Shown: positions 1 through 10,562, counted from the stretch's first letter. The stretch is DNA of 64,000 nt from Puniceicoccaceae bacterium (GCA_040830765.1 JBFOMH010000020.1:37332-101331), one strand, 5' to 3'. Program-made: numbers and translations. The notes: a model not told the origin generated them from the sequence alone.

Positions 1-1267
1 CGAGGCGAATGAAAAGGGCGGCCAGGAAGGTCGTGGCAAAGACGATCCGGTCGGACTTGGTGGCGTTCCAAACCACCCGGATGACGTGGCGGTTGATCAG
101 GGAAATGCCAATGGCGATAACCAGTACGCCGAGTACGCTGACCGGGATGAACCGCGTCAGTGGGCCAAAGGCGTAAGCTCCGATGGCGCAAAGGAGGCCG
201 GACAGGATGCTGGCGAGCGGGGTTGCCGCCCCGCTGACCCAGTTGAGCTGGGACCGGGTGAGGGAGCCAGAGGCCGGCATGCCCTGGTAAAGGGCGCACC
301 CGATGTTGGCTATACCCATGCCCAGCATCTCCTGGTTGGAATCCAGTTTCTGTCCAGCCCGTGAAGCCAGTGATTTGCCGATGGAGGTCCCTTCCAGCAC
401 AGACAGGAAGGCGATTACCAGGGCCACGCTGGATACCTGGCTTATTAGGTCGCCACTGATCGGGGGCAGGCTGACTCTCCATGCCGTGGCATCGATTCCG
501 TTGAGCGTCAAAATTGCGGAAGACCACTCTTTCGTCAGGATCAGGTTGTTGAACCCGAAGGCGATGAAGGACATGATCACAAGGGTGATGGCCACATTCG
601 GGAATGTCCTGAAACGACGGTTCAGGCCCCAGAACACGCCGGCGGTCAGCAGGGAAACAACAAAGGTTGGCCAGTGGGTGGCCGGAAGGGATTTCAAGGT
701 CAGGAGGACCACGGTCATGAAGGTGGAGCCGTCCGGGAGGGTGAAATCGAATCCCAATGCCTTCTTCAGCTGGTTGACGATGATGTAGATGGCCGCCGCC
801 GTGATATACCCGGTGACCACGGAACGGGAAATATACTGGATGAGATTGGCAACCTTGAGAAAGGCCCCAAGGACGAGAAATACGCCCGAGAGCAGGACTA
901 TCAGTGAAATCAGGGCCAGTTTTTCACCTTGATCGACAATCCCCATGCCGAGAAAGGAGGCGAAAACCAGCACAGAGGTGGCGTTGGTGGGGCCAAGAAT
1001 GATGAACCGGGAACCGGAAAAGAGAGGGCCCAGCATAGCCGCAATGGCCGAGGCAAATATCCCGTATTGGATGGGAAGCCCGGCAATGGCTGCATAGGCC
1101 ATCCCTTGGGGAAAGGCCAGCAGGGCCACATTCAGGCCAGCCCTGAGGTCACCCCTTGCCTTGGTGGTGTCGTATCCCCGCAAACTTTTCCGGATGGGAA
1201 AGAATGACAAATGGTTGTGGTCCCTCAGGTTCTGCAGGACACGACGGATCGAATTTGAGGATAGCAA
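1..1267 (-). CDS. SulP-family sulfate/anion permease, runs off the left edge
   Basis: Not in the ORF track. Hand translation of the minus strand gives GDLRAGLNVALLAFPQGMAYAAIAGLPIQYG (SulP signature). The same frame reads hydrophobic sequence at the window edge (IGISLINRHV...DRIVFATTFLAALFIRL). The start is uncertain: TTG at 1267, in-frame stop upstream at 1328-1330. Confidence 0.88.
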   Translation of the reverse strand, partial: MLSSNSIRRVLQNLRDHNHLSFFPIRKSLRGYDTTKARGDLRAGLNVALLAFPQGMAYAAIAGLPIQYGIFASAIAAMLGPLFSGSRFIILGPTNATSVLVFASFLGMGIVDQGEKLALISLIVLLSGVFLVLGAFLKVANLIQYISRSVVTGYITAAAIYIIVNQLKKALGFDFTLPDGSTFMTVVLLTLKSLPATHWPTFVVSLLTAGVFWGLNRRFRTFPNVAITLVIMSFIAFGFNNLILTKEWSSAILTLNGIDATAWRVSLPPISGDLISQVSSVALVIAFLSVLEGTSIGKSLASRAGQKLDSNQEMLGMGIANIGCALYQGMPASGSLTRSQLNWVSGAATPLASILSGLLCAIGAYAFGPLTRFIPVSVLGVLVIAIGISLINRHVIRVVWNATKSDRIVFATTFLAALFIRL

Positions 1268-1363
1268 GGATCTGGATGGTTTCTGAACGAGTATTCCCGC
1301 ACTTCCGGTGAAGCAAATTTTTTCTCGTCATCCTGTAGGATTATGGCGAATCGTCTTTGCCGG

Positions 1364-1990
1364 ATGATTGCCGCGATCCTATACATCCTGGCTGTATTAC
1401 TGGCCAACCTGACCGCCACGCTCTTTCTACCTTTTGAAATTGCTCCCGGTACGGGAATCCTGGTTTCGGTGGGTACCCTGGTTTTCGGGATCACCTTTAC
1501 CCAGCGGGACCGCATGCATGCAAGGGGCCGACCTTTTGTCTACAAGGTGATCTTCCTCTCGGCCTTCCTCAATCTCCTCATGCTAACATCCCTTCGCTAC
1601 ATCTGGGGAGAGCCGGTCCTTGGCTGGTTTCAGAGCCGGCAATTGGATTGGTTGAGCGGTGCCACAGCCATGCTCATGGAAAATGGATGGCGAGTCTTTC
1701 TGGCTTCCTTCCTGGCCATTATCATTGCGGAGGGTACCGACACGGAGGTCTTCCACCATTACCGCAATCGTTCCTGGATAACTCGTGTAGTCCGTTCCAA
1801 TGCGGTCAGCATACCGGTTGATTCAGTGCTCTTCAATCTGATCGCCTTTGCTGGCAGTGCCTTTTTCCCGGCCATTGTCCTCTTGAAGGTCATTCTCGGG
1901 GAAATCGTCTCCAAGTTTCTTGTCGGCATCCTATATGCCCTGGTCTATCCGAATAAGAAGGACAGCGAGACCAACGGTCAGGACTTCTGA
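1364..1990 (+). CDS. VUT family (YhhQ-like, putative queuosine-precursor) transporter
   Basis: Multi-TM protein with ANxxA, GTLVFGITFTQRD and RSNAVSIPVDSVLF motifs typical of Vut_1. Start is 1343 or 1364. Confidence 0.75.
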   Translation: MIAAILYILAVLLANLTATLFLPFEIAPGTGILVSVGTLVFGITFTQRDRMHARGRPFVYKVIFLSAFLNLLMLTSLRYIWGEPVLGWFQSRQLDWLSGATAMLMENGWRVFLASFLAIIIAEGTDTEVFHHYRNRSWITRVVRSNAVSIPVDSVLFNLIAFAGSAFFPAIVLLKVILGEIVSKFLVGILYALVYPNKKDSETNGQDF

Positions 1991-2223
1991 CGGCTGGTGC
2001 GATTTCCGGGGCGTCGGGTTGCCCGCCATGCGTCGCGGTGTTGACGGATCCAGTCCAACAATGCCCGTTCAAATCCGATGTCTTTTCCGGCCTTTTCAGA
2101 CTCCAACCACTTATGGCGGAGTATTTCCTCCCGTTCAGCAAGAAACTCCCGGTACAGGCTGGAGCGCTCAAGGACGGGGCGTTCCTTGCCGGCAGGGGCT
2201 GGATTTTCGTCGGGGGACTTCAT
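1978..2223 (-). CDS. small conserved protein (DUF4032-like)
   Basis: EEILRHKWLESEKAGKDIGFERALLDW motif. ATG at 2223, directly downstream of mrp. Confidence 0.7.
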   Translation of the reverse strand: MKSPDENPAPAGKERPVLERSSLYREFLAEREEILRHKWLESEKAGKDIGFERALLDWIRQHRDAWRATRRPGNRTSRQKS

Positions 2224-2332
2224 GGTGGAGTTTACTCTCGATGAATTGAGAGGCATTTAAAATTAGGCAAGGTGATACTTAACGGACGATCCAGCTATGC
2301 CAATCTTTTTTATGCGCTTTGATGCGACTGAT

Positions 2333-3388
2333 TTACAGTCCTTCCAGAACCTTCCGGGCAATTTCGCGATAAATGAGGGAAGGCTTGCTATCTGGGTAGC
2401 CGATGGTGATGGGGATGCCCCGGTCGCATCCCTCTCGAATTTCCCCGTCGAGGGGGATTTCCCCGAGGAGTGGGGCTTCCAAGGCATCGGCTGTCCATTG
2501 TCCACCGCCTTTGCCAAAGATATGGTTTCTGATGCCATCAGGCCCTTCCAGATAGCTCATATTCTCACAGACCCCAATTATGGGCACGTTCACCTTGTCA
2601 AACATCCGTGCTCCTCTGGCGGCCACATTGACAGCCGCCGCCTGAGGCGTGGTGACTACAACCGCGCCATCCACGGGAAGCGTTTGGACAAGGGAAAGCT
2701 GTGCGTCACCAGTACCGGGGGGAAGGTCGACGACCAGCACGTCCAGTTCCCCCCAGCTGACATGCTGGGCGAATTGTGAGATGGCGTTGTTAATCATGGG
2801 GCCTCGCCAGATAACCGGGGAATCCTCGTCAACAAGGAGGGCCATCGACATGACCTTGATTCCGTAATTGGAAGGCGGCACGATTTTCTCGTTCTCGATT
2901 TCCGGCCGTGCATTGATGCCCATCATCAGGGGGATTGAGGGACCATAGATGTCGCAGTCGAAGATCCCAACACCTTTGAATTCCTTTTCCTCCCTCAAAA
3001 TGCGTTCAATGGCACAAGCGAGATTCACCGAGACGGTGGACTTGCCGACGCCGCCCTTGCCGCTGGCTACGGCGATGATCTTTTTTACCCCGGGGATGCC
3101 CTGCGGTTGCCGGGCTGCTGCTGTACCGGGCGTACCGGACTTCGGCTTTTGCACAGCAATCTCGACCGTAACCGGCCCGACACCTTCCACAGCCCTGACG
3201 GCTTCCTCGGAAGCGGTTTTAATTTTCAAAGGCACAGTTTCATCCCCTGTCGTCACATTGATTCGGATGGAAACGGCATTACCGTCCACGGAGATTTCTT
3301 CAACCAGCCCGAAGGAGACGATATCCCGGCTAAAACCGGGATATTTGACCGCCTTGAGGGCGCTGCGGATTGTTTCTTTGTCGATCAT
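2333..3388 (-). CDS. mrp: Mrp/NBP35 (ApbC) family ATPase
   Basis: N-terminal DUF59-like domain (RDIVSFGLV), VASGKGGVGKST, DIYGPSIP, WRGPM, DLPPGTGD and ENMS motifs. Confidence 0.93.
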   Translation of the reverse strand: MIDKETIRSALKAVKYPGFSRDIVSFGLVEEISVDGNAVSIRINVTTGDETVPLKIKTASEEAVRAVEGVGPVTVEIAVQKPKSGTPGTAAARQPQGIPGVKKIIAVASGKGGVGKSTVSVNLACAIERILREEKEFKGVGIFDCDIYGPSIPLMMGINARPEIENEKIVPPSNYGIKVMSMALLVDEDSPVIWRGPMINNAISQFAQHVSWGELDVLVVDLPPGTGDAQLSLVQTLPVDGAVVVTTPQAAAVNVAARGARMFDKVNVPIIGVCENMSYLEGPDGIRNHIFGKGGGQWTADALEAPLLGEIPLDGEIREGCDRGIPITIGYPDSKPSLIYREIARKVLEGL

Positions 3389-3498
3389 AGTTCTCGAGGG
3401 AAGGGAAAACTTCTTGAAGTCTTCAGGAAAGCATATTCCGTCAACATGGCAATTGATGGCGGCAAGTTCTGCGCCATTTCTTACATGCATATTTCGTT

Positions 3499-4701
3499 AT
3501 GATTTCCAGAAGAATCCTCTTACTTCTCAGCCTGTGGCCGATAATTTGTGCTCCTTTCGTCCTTGGACAGGATGCCATCGAGCTTGGGGACGTCGTTGGC
3601 TCTGCCTCGGTCCGGACCCGGACAATTGAAGTCTACGGGGAACCGGCCACACTGGGCGACCAGGCGGCTCGCCTGTTTGCGTTGCATGGCGGCTATGAGC
3701 GGGTGGGGGACCGTGCCGACTTTACCTTTCGATTCATTGCTTCCGGGGCCAACGGCGTGAACCTGAAAATCGGATCCCGGGGCAAGAGCCTCTGGGAGGG
3801 AAGCTTCCAGGGTACGACGCAGAGGGAAGCCCTGTTCGCCGCGGCGGACGCAGCGGTCACAAAAACGCTTGGCACGCCCGGCTTTTTCCAGAGCACACTG
3901 GCCTTTATCTCCGACCGGACAGGCAATGCTGAAGTCTACAAGTCGGATATCCTGTTCCAGGCTGTCCGCCAACTGACCCGTGATCGATCCCAATGCCTGT
4001 CCCCGAATCTCTCTCCTGACGGACAAATCCTCCTCTACACCAGCTATCACGGAACCGGATTTCCTGACATCTACCGGATCGACCTCGGTACCGGAAAGCG
4101 CTCCCTGTTCGCCGGTTTCAAGGGTACCAACACCGGGGCAACCTTTTCACCGAGTGGACGGTCCGTGGCCATGATTCTCAGTGGTTCGGGCAATTCGGAG
4201 GTTTATTTGAGCAATGCCGAGGGGCACCAGCTGCGGCGCCTGACCCGGTCACCAAGCCTGGAAGCGGATCCCACCTGGTCCCCTGACGGGAGACGGCTGG
4301 CTTTTACCTCCGACCAAATGGGTGGCCCTCAAATTTTCTCAATGGACGTGCAGGGGCGTTCACTCAGCCGCGTCCGCACGGATATCAGCCGCAATTGTTC
4401 GGAACCGTCCTGGAACCCAAGGGATCCCTCCCAGATTGCTTTCACAGCGGCCATTGCCGGTGAATTCGAGGTTGCGGTTTATTCCTTCAAGGAAGGCCGT
4501 AGCCGGATTGTTTCCAAGGGAGCCGGCGATGCGGTCCATCCGGCCTGGCTCAATGATGGCCGTCACCTAATATACACCGAACGGACCTCGCGTTATTCCC
4601 GGCTGATGATCCTCGACACGGTAACCGGCAAGCGCAATCGCCTCAGCCCTGTTGAACTCAACAACGCCCGCGAAGCTTCGCCGATTTATCAGGCGCGTTG
4701 A
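3499..4701 (+). CDS. tolB: TolB-like periplasmic beta-propeller (PD40 repeats)
   Basis: Signal peptide followed by repeated SPDG/WSPDG PD40 motifs (AFISDRTGNAEVY, FTSDQMGGPQIF). Confidence 0.75.
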   Translation: MISRRILLLLSLWPIICAPFVLGQDAIELGDVVGSASVRTRTIEVYGEPATLGDQAARLFALHGGYERVGDRADFTFRFIASGANGVNLKIGSRGKSLWEGSFQGTTQREALFAAADAAVTKTLGTPGFFQSTLAFISDRTGNAEVYKSDILFQAVRQLTRDRSQCLSPNLSPDGQILLYTSYHGTGFPDIYRIDLGTGKRSLFAGFKGTNTGATFSPSGRSVAMILSGSGNSEVYLSNAEGHQLRRLTRSPSLEADPTWSPDGRRLAFTSDQMGGPQIFSMDVQGRSLSRVRTDISRNCSEPSWNPRDPSQIAFTAAIAGEFEVAVYSFKEGRSRIVSKGAGDAVHPAWLNDGRHLIYTERTSRYSRLMILDTVTGKRNRLSPVELNNAREASPIYQAR

Positions 4702-5247
4702 TCAGGCGCAGATCGAACGACTTATTTCACGGGCCTTGTCTTCCCCGCACAGGGCTTCCACAAGGGCCAAGGCAAAGGCCGTGGCGGTGCCCGCTCCCTG
4801 CGAGGTTATGATGTTGCCGTCGCGGACGACTTCCTCATCCGGTCGCCTGTCCGGCAATTGCTCGCTGGTGCCGGGGTAAGAGGTATAAGCCTTTCCCTCG
4901 AGGACGCCCGCTTGGTCAAGGACGACCGGGCCCGCACAGATGGATCCAATCAACCGGCCCGCCTGGTCCTGTTGCTGCAGCATCTGCAAGATGCGGGAGT
5001 CTGCAGCCATGGTGGCGTGGCCTGGGCCTCCCGGTATGACCAGAAGGTCATAGTCATGCCCAAAGCAGGCATCGAGGAGGGTATCAGCGACCAAGTGGAT
5101 GCCATTCCGGCCTTCCACCTGCAGGGCTTGTGTCGCGGATGCCACGGTTGTTTGCACCGAAGCCCGCCGAAGGCAGTCAATCGGGGCGACAGCTTCCAGT
5201 TCCTCGACCCCGTCGGTGAGGATCACTAGGGCGGTTGGTTCGGACAT
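4702..5247 (-). CDS. DJ-1/PfpI family protein (YajL/ThiJ-like)
   Basis: GVEELEA, IPGG, catalytic ICAGP and ITSQGAGTA motifs. Confidence 0.9.
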   Translation of the reverse strand: MSEPTALVILTDGVEELEAVAPIDCLRRASVQTTVASATQALQVEGRNGIHLVADTLLDACFGHDYDLLVIPGGPGHATMAADSRILQMLQQQDQAGRLIGSICAGPVVLDQAGVLEGKAYTSYPGTSEQLPDRRPDEEVVRDGNIITSQGAGTATAFALALVEALCGEDKAREISRSICA

Positions 5248-5267
5248 GGTATTCTTTATGCTTGGGA

Positions 5268-6053
5268 TTAAATGGATTTGATGAACCGAGTTACACTGCT
5301 GTAGTAGGAATCTCGATACGCCTCGATGAGGTTGTTATGGGTTCCCCCGTCCAGCCAGGTGAAGGACTTCTGGCCGGGAGCGGCTTCATAGAGAGCCTTG
5401 CCATGGGAAAAGGGGATGACCCTGTCCTCGGTGCCGTGGATGACCAGGACCGGGCACTGGACTTTGCGGATCCGGGCCAGATTGTCGAACATGTCCCATG
5501 GAAGGATGTTCTTCCCAAGGCCGACCCGAAAGATGCTGGTAAAGGTGCCTTCGAGGATGATGCCGGCACACGGCTGCTCGGCTGCCATCGCAAGGGCCGG
5601 GCCGCCCCCAAGCGAGCGCCCGTAGTGAATAATCCGGTCCGGTTGGTAGCCAAAGGAGGAGGGAATCTCTGCCAGGATTTTCCGGGCCACCGTATTGACC
5701 AGTTTTTCACTGGGCTTGCCATCGCTGGTACCGTAACCCGGATAATCCCAACCGAGGACGGCGCATCCGGCTTCCCGGAGGGCCTGCATCCGGAATATGG
5801 CGGAGTGAAGATCCTCCCCGTTGCCATGGTGATAAAAGATGAGGTGCCGGCTACCCGGGTTATCGAGAAAGACCATGGCCACACTCTTCCCGTCATCGTA
5901 GGGAAAACGGATGATGTCTTTGGAATCGGAATAGCCGGGTGGCGGGGCGGGAAAGACCAGCTTGTTGGCAAAAAGGAAGGCATAGGCCATCAGGCCGGCA
6001 TAGACGATTACCGGCAGGAGCAGAAGCAGCTTGATGAATCCTATACTTGGCAT
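5268..6053 (-). CDS. alpha/beta hydrolase (ABHD17/Bem46-like), N-terminal membrane anchor
   Basis: HGNGE, DYPGYGxS, GRSLG nucleophile elbow, HGTEDRVI and catalytic H in GGTHNN. Confidence 0.9.
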   Translation of the reverse strand: MPSIGFIKLLLLLPVIVYAGLMAYAFLFANKLVFPAPPPGYSDSKDIIRFPYDDGKSVAMVFLDNPGSRHLIFYHHGNGEDLHSAIFRMQALREAGCAVLGWDYPGYGTSDGKPSEKLVNTVARKILAEIPSSFGYQPDRIIHYGRSLGGGPALAMAAEQPCAGIILEGTFTSIFRVGLGKNILPWDMFDNLARIRKVQCPVLVIHGTEDRVIPFSHGKALYEAAPGQKSFTWLDGGTHNNLIEAYRDSYYSSVTRFIKSI

Positions 6054-6165
6054 GGATCGGAGGTCCAAACTTCAGGAAAGGCCTGCCAACCGGGACTGCC
6101 AATCCTTAATTTCCGGCAGTTTGTGCAGTTGACTTCAATTCCCCCAGCTTCTCTCATCGGCATCC

Positions 6166-7614
6166 ATGGAAGTTATCCGCCTATTCGATACCCTTAGCCG
6201 TGAGGTGCGTGAGTTGCCTGCCGGTCCGAATGGCCGGTTCCGACTGTACGTCTGTGGACCGACGGTCTACGGCCCGGCGCACATCGGGAACTTCCTGACG
6301 TTCATCCGTTTTGACGTCTTGTTCCGCCTGCTCCAATTGGCGGGATACGAGCCGCTCTATGTGCGAAATATCACGGATGTGGATGACAAGACGATTCGCG
6401 GGGCGATGGAGGCAGGGGTACCCCTTGAGACGGTAACGACCAAATGGACGGAACGGTTCCATGCCGACTGCGAGGAACTGAACCTGCTTCCACCCGATGT
6501 TGAGCCGCGGGCCACGGAGCACATCGCCGAACAGATAGAGATGGTCCAGTCACTGGTCGATTCGGGCCATGCCTATGTGGGGGGTGACGGTTCTGTTTAC
6601 TACAAGGTTTCCTCCTTTGGGGAATACGGAAAGTTATCCCATTTTGATCCCGAGGCCCTGCGCCAGCAATCAACCACCAGTGGCGGCGCGGTTAATTTGT
6701 CCGACGAGTATGAACGGGACTCCGTGGCCGACTTTGCCCTCTGGAAAAGTCACAAGGAAGCGGATGGATCGGTTTACTGGGACAGTCCCTGGGGCAAGGG
6801 CCGCCCGGGCTGGCACCTGGAGTGTTCAGCGATGAGCCTGAAGTACCTCGGGAACGGATTTGAACTCCATGGGGGCGGTGAGGATTTGTGCTTTCCCCAT
6901 CATGAAAACGAGATCGCCCAGAGTGAAGCGGTGACCGGCGAACCCTTTGCCACTCACTGGATGCACAGTGTGCACCTGCTGGTCGAGGGTAAGAAGATGT
7001 CCAAGAGCCTCGGCAATTTCTTTGTCCTCCAGGACCTGGTCGACAAAGGGTTTCATCCCGCCGAAGTGCGCCTGGCCATGCTCGGTGGCCATTACCGGCA
7101 ACAGCTGAACTTTACCTTTGGCGGTCTGGAAGCCGCCCGCAGCGGGATGAACAAGCTGGAATCCGGGATCGGGAACTTGCTCGAAACAGCAGGATTGGCA
7201 AAGCAAGACTGGGGGAAATTTGTTCGTCCGGATCTTCCCTCCGAATGGGGTCCTTTCAAGAATGCCTGGGAAGCCTTTCGCAACGACATGAATACACCCG
7301 CGGCTCTGGGGGCCTTTTATAATGGTCTCAAGAAGGCGCGGGCGGTCGCCGGGGATTCGCAGGCTGCCGTGGCCCTCCTGCAGGCAGCGGGCGCACTGGC
7401 CTATGCCCTTGGTTTGCAGCTTTTTGCCCGACCCTCAGGCGATCCTTCCGGGGTTGAGGTGCCGGCAGAGATAGAGGAGTTGGCCCGGAACCGCTGGGAA
7501 GCGAAAAAGGAGAAGGACTTCGCCAGGGCTGACCAACTGCGTGACGAGCTGGCGGCAAAAGGATGGCTTGTCGTGGATACGCCCGAAGGCTACACTTTGA
7601 ATTCCAAACCCTGA
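6166..7614 (+). CDS. cysS: cysteine--tRNA ligase
   Basis: [29 protein letters not shown] and KMSKS motifs. Confidence 0.98.
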   Translation: MEVIRLFDTLSREVRELPAGPNGRFRLYVCGPTVYGPAHIGNFLTFIRFDVLFRLLQLAGYEPLYVRNITDVDDKTIRGAMEAGVPLETVTTKWTERFHADCEELNLLPPDVEPRATEHIAEQIEMVQSLVDSGHAYVGGDGSVYYKVSSFGEYGKLSHFDPEALRQQSTTSGGAVNLSDEYERDSVADFALWKSHKEADGSVYWDSPWGKGRPGWHLECSAMSLKYLGNGFELHGGGEDLCFPHHENEIAQSEAVTGEPFATHWMHSVHLLVEGKKMSKSLGNFFVLQDLVDKGFHPAEVRLAMLGGHYRQQLNFTFGGLEAARSGMNKLESGIGNLLETAGLAKQDWGKFVRPDLPSEWGPFKNAWEAFRNDMNTPAALGAFYNGLKKARAVAGDSQAAVALLQAAGALAYALGLQLFARPSGDPSGVEVPAEIEELARNRWEAKKEKDFARADQLRDELAAKGWLVVDTPEGYTLNSKP

Positions 7615-7622
7615 AAATTGTC

Positions 7623-8627
7623 ATGTTAGAAGCTGGAGAACCCCGCCCCCGCCGTTTGCGCAAGAGTGATGCCGTCCGGAAACTTGTCCGGGAGAACGCC
7701 GTCCAGGTAACAGACCTGATTCAACCCCTCTTTGTCATCGAAGGGGAAGGTTCGACCGAACCGATTGGCAGCATGCCCGGCCAGTACCGGCTAACGATAG
7801 ACGAATTGTGCCGGGAATGCCGTGAGCTGGCGGACCTTGGAATCCAGGCCGTGGCCTTGTTTCCTTCCCTTGATGCTTCCTTGAAATCCGAAGATGGTTC
7901 GGAGTCCTGCAATCCTGACACCCTGATCCTGAGGGCCATCCGTGCTGTGAAAGAGGCCGTGCCGGATCTGCAGGTCCTCGCCGATATTGCCCTGGATCCG
8001 TACACCACCCACGGGCACGACGGCGTCTTGAATGCGGACGGCACGGATGTCGACAATGACAGCACCCTTTCCATCCTGGCCCGGATGGCCGTCCTCAATG
8101 CCGAGGCCGGAGCGGATTTCGTTGCTCCTTCAGACATGATGGATGGCCGGATTGGCACTATCCGGGAAGCCCTGGATGAGGCAGGATTGATCAATTGTGG
8201 CATCGTGGCCTACTCCGCCAAATACAACAGCGCCTATTACGGCCCCTTCCGGGATGCGGTCGGCAGCTCAGCCGCTGCCGGGACAAAACTCCTCAGCAAG
8301 GCGACATACCAGCTGGACCCTGCCAATTCCGAGCAAGCTGAGAGGGAATTGATGCTCGATGAGCTGGAAGGAGCCGACATCCTCATGGTCAAGCCAGCCG
8401 GACCTTATCTGGATATCATCCGTCTGGCCCGTGAGGGGACCACCCTTCCAGTGGCTGCCTACCAAGTCAGCGGTGAATACGCCCAAATCCATGCGGCTGC
8501 CCAGATGGGCTGGCTGGATCTGGAGCGTTGCCGGGAAGAGAGCCTGTTAGCGATCAAGCGTGCCGGAGCCAGTCTCATCCTGACCTATTTTGCCAAGGAG
8601 TGGGCTGCCGCGCAAAAAGAGGCCTGA
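7623..8627 (+). CDS. hemB: porphobilinogen synthase (ALAD), Asp-type metal site
   Basis: RPRRLR, DIALDPYTTHGHDG, APSDMMDGR, YGPFRDA, MVKP and AYQVSGEY motifs. ATG at 7623 follows the cysS stop. Confidence 0.97.
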   Translation: MLEAGEPRPRRLRKSDAVRKLVRENAVQVTDLIQPLFVIEGEGSTEPIGSMPGQYRLTIDELCRECRELADLGIQAVALFPSLDASLKSEDGSESCNPDTLILRAIRAVKEAVPDLQVLADIALDPYTTHGHDGVLNADGTDVDNDSTLSILARMAVLNAEAGADFVAPSDMMDGRIGTIREALDEAGLINCGIVAYSAKYNSAYYGPFRDAVGSSAAAGTKLLSKATYQLDPANSEQAERELMLDELEGADILMVKPAGPYLDIIRLAREGTTLPVAAYQVSGEYAQIHAAAQMGWLDLERCREESLLAIKRAGASLILTYFAKEWAAAQKEA

Positions 8628-8665
8628 GGGGCACAGTTGACTGTTTTGAGCAAGAATGAGGGAAG

Positions 8666-9364
8666 TTACTTCTCTTCCTCTTCTTCCTCGTCTTCGTCCT
8701 CTTCCTCTTCGTCCTCGTCCCAACGCATGGTTTCGTCTTCTTCCAGCTTCTCGGATTCATCCTCCTCGAAGTCAGGAATCTCGTCGATGTCCTCCTCGTC
8801 GCGCTTGGCCGGTTCGTCATCGTCGAGCTCGTAACCTTGGGGAACATACTCAAGGATGGAAATCACCTCCTGAAACGGGTGGACGGCCTTGCCCTCCATG
8901 TAGTCCTGGTTTTGCCGTTCCCGAATCTCTTCCTCGAGCTCATCGACGGTCAAGTTCTGGTCGAACTCGATCAGGTCATTGAGCATCTTGACCCGGAAGC
9001 GGGTAATATTGTCGAGCAGGTCCGCGTAGGGCCCTTTTTCCTCGTCGATAATGTCGGGCAGGGCAAAGTGAGTGTTGTCGTCTTCAAGGAGGGAATCCCG
9101 GGTGCTGCTGAGCTTGACCTGCTCCTTCTTCTCCTCGGAGACAATCTTCATGCAGCAGAAGGCATCATCGATGATGTCAGCATCAAACCCATATTCCCGC
9201 AGCGCGTCACACTGTTCGAGGATGTAGCTCATTTGGCGGGGATCGATGATCCCGAGGCCATCGACATCCCAGTGAATGGGATCGGAAACCTCGGTAACCC
9301 ACCAGTTCATGTCCTCGCCAATCCGGACAAGGCACCATTCCAAGTTGTTCTTGTTTTTAACCAT
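8666..9364 (-). CDS. hypothetical protein with a very acidic C-terminal tail
   Basis: 232-aa ORF with a globular-looking N-terminus and a ~55-aa D/E tract. It fills the gap between hemB and pyrD. Confidence 0.75.
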   Translation of the reverse strand: MVKNKNNLEWCLVRIGEDMNWWVTEVSDPIHWDVDGLGIIDPRQMSYILEQCDALREYGFDADIIDDAFCCMKIVSEEKKEQVKLSSTRDSLLEDDNTHFALPDIIDEEKGPYADLLDNITRFRVKMLNDLIEFDQNLTVDELEEEIRERQNQDYMEGKAVHPFQEVISILEYVPQGYELDDDEPAKRDEEDIDEIPDFEEDESEKLEEDETMRWDEDEEEEDEDEEEEEEK

Positions 9365-9484
9365 TCGAGTAGCTGGGCGTTATTAGAGAGAAATTCGGGT
9401 GAAAATTGATTTCACTACAGAAAGGCGATGGATGATTGGGGCATCTTGTCAATCCCCATATGGCAATGAGGAAAGCGCTACCGT

Positions 9485-10549
9485 TCAGACCCAGGAACTT
9501 TGGCGCGGTGCCAGGGCCTTGGCCAGGGTCTTTGCGATGAAGGGTCCCCGGTAAACCATCCCGGTGTAGATTTGCACCAGAGCGGCCCCGTTGTCGACCA
9601 TGGCACCAGCCGTTTCCGGACTGTCGATGCCTCCGACCCCAATAATCGGCAGCTTGCCCGAGGTACGGCGGCTGATGTAATTCACTACCTCCAGCGACCG
9701 ATGGTGCAGGGGGGCACCGCTGAGACCGCCCGGCTCACGGACATTGGCAAACTGTCCTGGCCGGTTGATGGTCGTATTGGTGGCGATGATGCCATCCAGT
9801 TGCCACTTCTCGAGGCAGGCAAGAACTTCATCAATCTCCCGGAAAGTCAGGTCTGGAGCTATTTTCAGGAGCATGGGGGTCGGCTTGATGCCGAGCTTCT
9901 TGGCCCGTCCGCGGTTGGTGTTGGAAAGCTCGCCCAGGAGTGTATCGAGGTAGGCTTCCTTTTGCAGTTCCCTTAAATCCTGGGTATTCGGACTGCTGAC
10001 GTTAATGGAAATATAATCCGCGTAATCAACGAGGAGGCCAAAGGAGGAAAGATAATCCGGGATCGCCTGGTCCAGGGGGACAACTTTGCTTTTCCCGATA
10101 TTGATCCCGAGGGGGATGCGGGAACTTTTTTTGCCGAGGATGCCCTTCAATCGCTTGGCCACTGCTTCTGCGCCGTCGTTGTTGAAGCCCATCCGGTTGA
10201 TGATGGCATTGTCTTCCGGATACCGAAAAACACGCGGGCGCTCGTTCCCCGGTTGCTGCAGATGGGTGATGGTCCCGATTTCCGCATGACCGAACCCAAG
10301 CGCTGGAGCAGCCCGGAAGAACCGGCCGTTCTTGTCCATCCCCGCTGCCAGGCCAACGGCATTGGGAAATTCGAGGCCAAACGCCTCGACCGGCTTGTCG
10401 GACCTGATCAGGTTGAACTTTTCCATCCACCGGCAGAGTGGAGTGACTCTGCCCAGGTAGTCCATGGCGGTAACGCCGAGGTCGTGAGCCTTTTCCGGGT
10501 CGGTCCGGAAGAGAACCGGCCGGATGACTTTTTCGTAGTAAAAGCCCAT
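9485..10549 (-). CDS. pyrD: quinone-dependent dihydroorotate dehydrogenase (class 2)
   Basis: DPEKAH, GLAAGMDKNG, INRMGFNN, INVSSPNT, KIAPDL and GGLSG motifs. Confidence 0.97.
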   Translation of the reverse strand: MGFYYEKVIRPVLFRTDPEKAHDLGVTAMDYLGRVTPLCRWMEKFNLIRSDKPVEAFGLEFPNAVGLAAGMDKNGRFFRAAPALGFGHAEIGTITHLQQPGNERPRVFRYPEDNAIINRMGFNNDGAEAVAKRLKGILGKKSSRIPLGINIGKSKVVPLDQAIPDYLSSFGLLVDYADYISINVSSPNTQDLRELQKEAYLDTLLGELSNTNRGRAKKLGIKPTPMLLKIAPDLTFREIDEVLACLEKWQLDGIIATNTTINRPGQFANVREPGGLSGAPLHHRSLEVVNYISRRTSGKLPIIGVGGIDSPETAGAMVDNGAALVQIYTGMVYRGPFIAKTLAKALAPRQSSWV

Positions 10550-10562
10550 GGTCAGTTGCCTC

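Noticed and set aside
8637..8834. Poly-serine ORF / TCC-TCT microsatellite-like tract
   Set aside because: It is the reverse complement of the Glu/Asp codons of the acidic-tail gene.
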